Positions 27,723 to 32,000 of a DNA stretch of 32,000 bases are shown here, piece after piece. This DNA is from Erysipelotrichaceae bacterium (GTDB lineage: Bacteria; Bacillota_I; Bacilli_A; Erysipelotrichales; Coprobacillaceae): NCBI GenBank assembly GCA_028698185.1, contig JAQVDW010000012.1:14667-46666 (forward strand), in the 5' to 3' direction. Position 1 is the stretch's first letter. Each line of letters opens with the position of its first letter. The translations under genes and the position numbers were made by a program. The notes under the pieces were generated by a model. It did not search any database and was not told the DNA's origin. It worked only from the letters and a program-made list of their open reading frames with translations.

Positions 27723-27751
27723 ATTTTAATACACAATATTTTCTGTTGTCA
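27723..27751 (-). promoter_or_regulatory. groES promoter
   Basis: Minus strand TTGACA (27751-27746), 17-nt spacer, TAAAAT (27728-27723). Confidence 0.7.
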
Positions 27752-27847
27752 AGATGTCGTGATCACTTTTTTTTTGAAATTTAGTTTCAATATATAATGC
27801 GATTAACAAAAATGTATGAAACAATGGAACGTAATTGGCTTGGCTTC

Positions 27848-27876
27848 TTGAGACGGTAAAATCCATGTGATATATT
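27848..27876 (+). promoter_or_regulatory. promoter of GH1 paralogue 2
   Basis: TTGAGA, 17-nt spacer ending TGa, TATATT. Confidence 0.55.
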
Positions 27877-27878
27877 GA

Positions 27879-29258
<1,380 letters not shown>

Positions 29259-29271
29259 TTGATAAGAAAAG

Positions 29272-29303
29272 TACCGGCCTTTGCAAGAGGACCGGTATTT
29301 TTC
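29272..29303 (+). terminator. Rho-independent terminator
   Basis: TACCGGCC-TTTGCAAGA-GG(A)CCGGTA followed by TTTTT. Confidence 0.7.
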
Positions 29304-29384
29304 GTTCCGGTCCCGGTCGATGTAAACCGGGGAAGTTGATTGGCGTATGCCCTGTAGGCATACGTGATCATGTTTTATAGGTAA

Positions 29385-29413
29385 TTGATATTTGCGGTGG
29401 AATGAATTAAAAT
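29385..29413 (+). promoter_or_regulatory. promoter of GH1 paralogue 3
   Basis: TTGATA, 17-nt spacer, TAAAAT. Confidence 0.55.
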
Positions 29414-29465
29414 TTAGCTTATAGGAATTGATTGTCCCAGTGGGATTATCGAAAAGGAGAAGAAG

Positions 29466-30938
29466 ATGAAAAAAGGATTTTTATGGGGCGGTGCGATCGC
29501 TGCCAACCAGGCTGAAGGTGCCTGGAATGTCGACGGACGTGGTCCGGCAATGACTGATGTTACAACCGGTGGATCAGTAAACGAACCCCGTTATGTGACC
29601 TATATTGACAAAGATGGAAAACCGGGGAAAATTCCTGCCCATGGCCATGGCAGCAAAATACCCGAAGGAGCCAAATATGCGGTTTTGGAAGATGAACTTT
29701 ACCCAAACCATGACGCTATCGATTTCTACCATCATTACAAGGGAGATATCGCCCTATTTGCCCAAATGGGATTCAAGATTTTCCGGATGTCGGTTTCTTG
29801 GTCAAGACTCTATCCTAATGGTGACGAGGCCACTCCAAATCAAAAAGGGATAGAATTCTACCGCAATGTCTTCAAGGAATGTCAAAAATATGGAATCGAG
29901 CCATTGGTCAGCATCTGGCATTTCGACACTCCGCTTTACCTGGAAGAGAATTATGATGGCTGGAACAACCGCAAGCTTATTGACTTCTATGAAAGATTCG
30001 CGCGGACCTGCTTCGAGGAGTTCAAGGGTCTGGTAAAATACTGGCTGACATTCAACGAGATCAACAACACGGTGATGATGCTTAACCTGTTTGGCAACAG
30101 TGCCGGAGCCAAGGAACATCAGCAGGCTTATCAACAGCTTCACCATCAGTTCGTGGCTAGCGCCCGGGCGGTGAAAATCGGCCATGAAGTCGATGGAAAC
30201 AACATGATTGGTTGTATGATCTGCGGAATCACGTTCTATCCGGGAACATGCGATCCAAAAGATATCATCGCAAACCGCCATATGTGGGAAAAAAGCATTT
30301 TCTACTGCGGCGATGTCCAATGCAAGGGGAAATATCCGACGTTTGCCAAACGGTTGTGGGATGAGCACGACGTCAAGCTGGAAATCACTGATGCCGACTT
30401 GAAAGACCTGGCTGAAGGAACAGTCGACATGTACACGTTCTCATATTACATGTCATCGATTGTGACAACTCACGAAGTCAATGACAAAGTCTCAGGGAAC
30501 TTCTCGGCTGGTGCGCGCAACGAATACCTGCAATATTCGGACTGGGGCTGGGCGCTTGATCCAATCGGACTGCGCTATTACCTGGAAATGATCTATGACC
30601 GCTACGAATTGCCGTTGATGGTAGTGGAAAACGGTCTTGGAGCTTTCGATACGGTTGAAGAAGATGGTGCGATCCACGACCCTTACCGCATCGAATATTT
30701 CAGAATGCATATCGCTGAAATGGAACAGGCATATAGAAACGGGGTTGACCTGATCGGTTACACGACTTGGGGTTGCATTGACTTGGTTTCGGCTGGAACC
30801 GGGGAAATGCGCAAACGTTATGGTTTCATTTATGTCGACAAGCATGATGACGGAAGCGGGACCATGGCAAGAAGCAAGAAAGACTCATTCTACTGGTACA
30901 AAAAAGTGATCGAGTCAAACGGAGCTGACCTGGATTAG
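29466..30938 (+). CDS. GH1 6-phospho-beta-glucosidase (paralogue 3, BglA/AscB-like, 490 aa)
   Basis: [57 protein letters not shown]. Confidence 0.92.
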   Translation: MKKGFLWGGAIAANQAEGAWNVDGRGPAMTDVTTGGSVNEPRYVTYIDKDGKPGKIPAHGHGSKIPEGAKYAVLEDELYPNHDAIDFYHHYKGDIALFAQMGFKIFRMSVSWSRLYPNGDEATPNQKGIEFYRNVFKECQKYGIEPLVSIWHFDTPLYLEENYDGWNNRKLIDFYERFARTCFEEFKGLVKYWLTFNEINNTVMMLNLFGNSAGAKEHQQAYQQLHHQFVASARAVKIGHEVDGNNMIGCMICGITFYPGTCDPKDIIANRHMWEKSIFYCGDVQCKGKYPTFAKRLWDEHDVKLEITDADLKDLAEGTVDMYTFSYYMSSIVTTHEVNDKVSGNFSAGARNEYLQYSDWGWALDPIGLRYYLEMIYDRYELPLMVVENGLGAFDTVEEDGAIHDPYRIEYFRMHIAEMEQAYRNGVDLIGYTTWGCIDLVSAGTGEMRKRYGFIYVDKHDDGSGTMARSKKDSFYWYKKVIESNGADLD

Positions 30939-30973
30939 CCAGTACCATATTTTCCTACTATATAATGAAATTC

Positions 30974-31004
30974 AAAGGCACTTTTTCAATAAAGTGCTTT
31001 TTTG
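30974..31004 (+). terminator. Rho-independent terminator
   Basis: AAAGGCACTTT-TTCAAT-AAAGTGCTTT followed by TTT. Confidence 0.75.
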
Positions 31005-31005
31005 T

Positions 31006-31040
31006 CTGTCCAATTAGCTGTCGGACAGTTGCCAAGACAG
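31006..31040. repeat. nested dyad CTGTC-N7-CTGTC-G-GACAG-N7-GACAG overlapping the nadA -35
   Basis: Read directly: CTGTCcaattagCTGTCgGACAGttgccaaGACAG. The spacer TTGCCA is the -35 of the promoter below. Confidence 0.5.
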
Positions 31041-31057
31041 TGAGGTTGTGCTATATT
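31029..31057 (+). promoter_or_regulatory. nadA promoter
   Basis: TTGCCA, 17-nt spacer ending TGc, TATATT. Confidence 0.55.
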
Positions 31058-31168
31058 GTTTTTTGTAAAACCTATTAAGTTGCTAGGATTTGTATAATTG
31101 AACCGACCGCCTGGGATTGGATCGATTTTCCAGGGCTCGACAGGATATTGAAAAAGGAAAATGATAGT

Positions 31169-31843
31169 ATGATCAAAGAAGAAATTGCCCGTTTGAAAGA
31201 AAAGAAAGATTTTGTCATCCTGGCCCATTACTATGTCGATGGGGCCGTGCAGGAAATTGCCGATTATGTCGGTGATTCCTATTATCTTTCCAAAGTGGCG
31301 ACGGAAGTGAAGTCGGCCAATATCCTTTTCGCCGGCGTCATGTTCATGGGCGAAAGCGCAAAGCTGCTTAATCCCCAAAAACATGTCTACATGGCTGACG
31401 ATTTTGCCGATTGCCCGATGGCCCACATGGTTGACGTCGCGGACATTGAAAAGGTGCGGGAACAGTACAAGGACGTTGCGGTTGTTTGTTATGTCAACTC
31501 GACTGCGGCCATCAAGGCTTTAAGCGATGTCTGCGTGACATCTTCCAATGCCATCAAGGTTGTCAGGAAATTGAAGGAAAAGTACATTTTCTTCATTCCT
31601 GACAACAACCTGGGCCAATATGTGGCCAAACAGGTGCCAGAAAAGCAGTTCATCTTCCATGACGGTTTCTGCCATGTCCACAAAAGCATCAAGGCTCCGT
31701 TGGTAATTGAAGCAAAGCGCAATCATCCCGGGGCCCTGGTTCTCGTCCACCCGGAATGCACCCTTGATGTGGTCGAACTGGCCGATTTTGTGGGAAGCAC
31801 ATCGCAGATCATCGATTATGCGACCCAGGATGACTACCTGTAG
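31169..31843 (+). pseudogene. nadA: quinolinate synthase NadA, 3'-truncated (224 aa versus ~300 expected)
   Basis: MIKEEIARLKEKKDFVILAHYYVDGAVQEIADYVGDSYYLSK.., FADCPMA, VCYVNST, VTSSNA, GFCHVH, VLVHPEC, DFVGSTSQII. Similarity stops after ..YATQDD and a stop follows. The C-terminal third, which carries the third cluster Cys, is not found in any frame downstream. Confidence 0.7.
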
Positions 31844-32000
31844 TTCTTCAATTTATTTGACATATAATTATTCAATTTGAATGACCACATGCTTCAGGTG
31901 AACTTTTTTACTCGGTTTTATCCTAAATTGAATTTGCGATAGAAGTGTGTTCTGCGGTTTCTAAATTTCTTGTTTTCCTTAACTTTTTCACCCTCTTAGC

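Noticed and set aside
31095-31150. Possible NAD+ (nadA-motif) or ZTP (CCGCCTGGG) riboswitch in the nadA leader.
   Set aside because: It shares only a short string with the 3' pseudoknot segment of ZTP. The 5' ZTP sub-domain is absent and ZTP does not fit nadA function. The nadA motif, as I recall it, has tandem CAACA/CCCC-containing domains that are not present here.
30986-31426. 146-aa minus-strand ORF across the nadA promoter and 5' region.
   Set aside because: It is antisense to nadA and would run through the GH1 terminator and nadA promoter. It has no SD or motifs.

Overview
All calls come from reading the sequence and the ORF track by eye; no searches were run. The window is a chromosomal segment with Gram-positive-type signals: GGAGG Shine-Dalgarno (SD) sites, TGn extended -10 promoters, a CIRCE operator, a cre site and Fur boxes. 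It holds about 30 genes.

Left to right:
- The 5' part of a kamA-family radical SAM aminomutase on the minus strand. It is missing from the ORF track because it runs off the edge. A ~290-nt leader ending in a terminator precedes it.
- A Fur-box-controlled feoA-feoB operon plus an untracked 46-aa Cys-rich small ORF.
- A divergent cluster of poorly characterised genes: a WFQWYCRYY-motif protein, a TspO-like membrane protein and a DUF1722/YbgA-like protein.
- A self-contained minus-strand operon of a NUDIX hydrolase overlapping a PLD-nuclease/SF2-helicase/DUF3427-like 926-aa protein. This is my best candidate for an undescribed system.
- An RpiR regulator, a GH1 6-phospho-beta-glucosidase and an orphan cellobiose-type PTS EIIC.
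- A HesB-like protein with a metallothionein-like Cys/His tail, and an orphan 715-aa lipoprotein.
- pfkA, then divergent asnC-type regulator and aspA, then a LiaF-like membrane protein and an MGMT-like protein.
- A glv-type alpha-glucoside PTS EIICB, a 161-aa membrane ORF and a GH4 6-phospho-alpha-glucosidase, followed by two tandem RpiR paralogues.
- A CIRCE-controlled, unusually short groES-groEL pair.
- Two more GH1 paralogues.
- A 3'-truncated nadA that abuts an AT-rich junction at the right edge.

I saw no rRNA, tRNA, CRISPR array, transposase or integrase.
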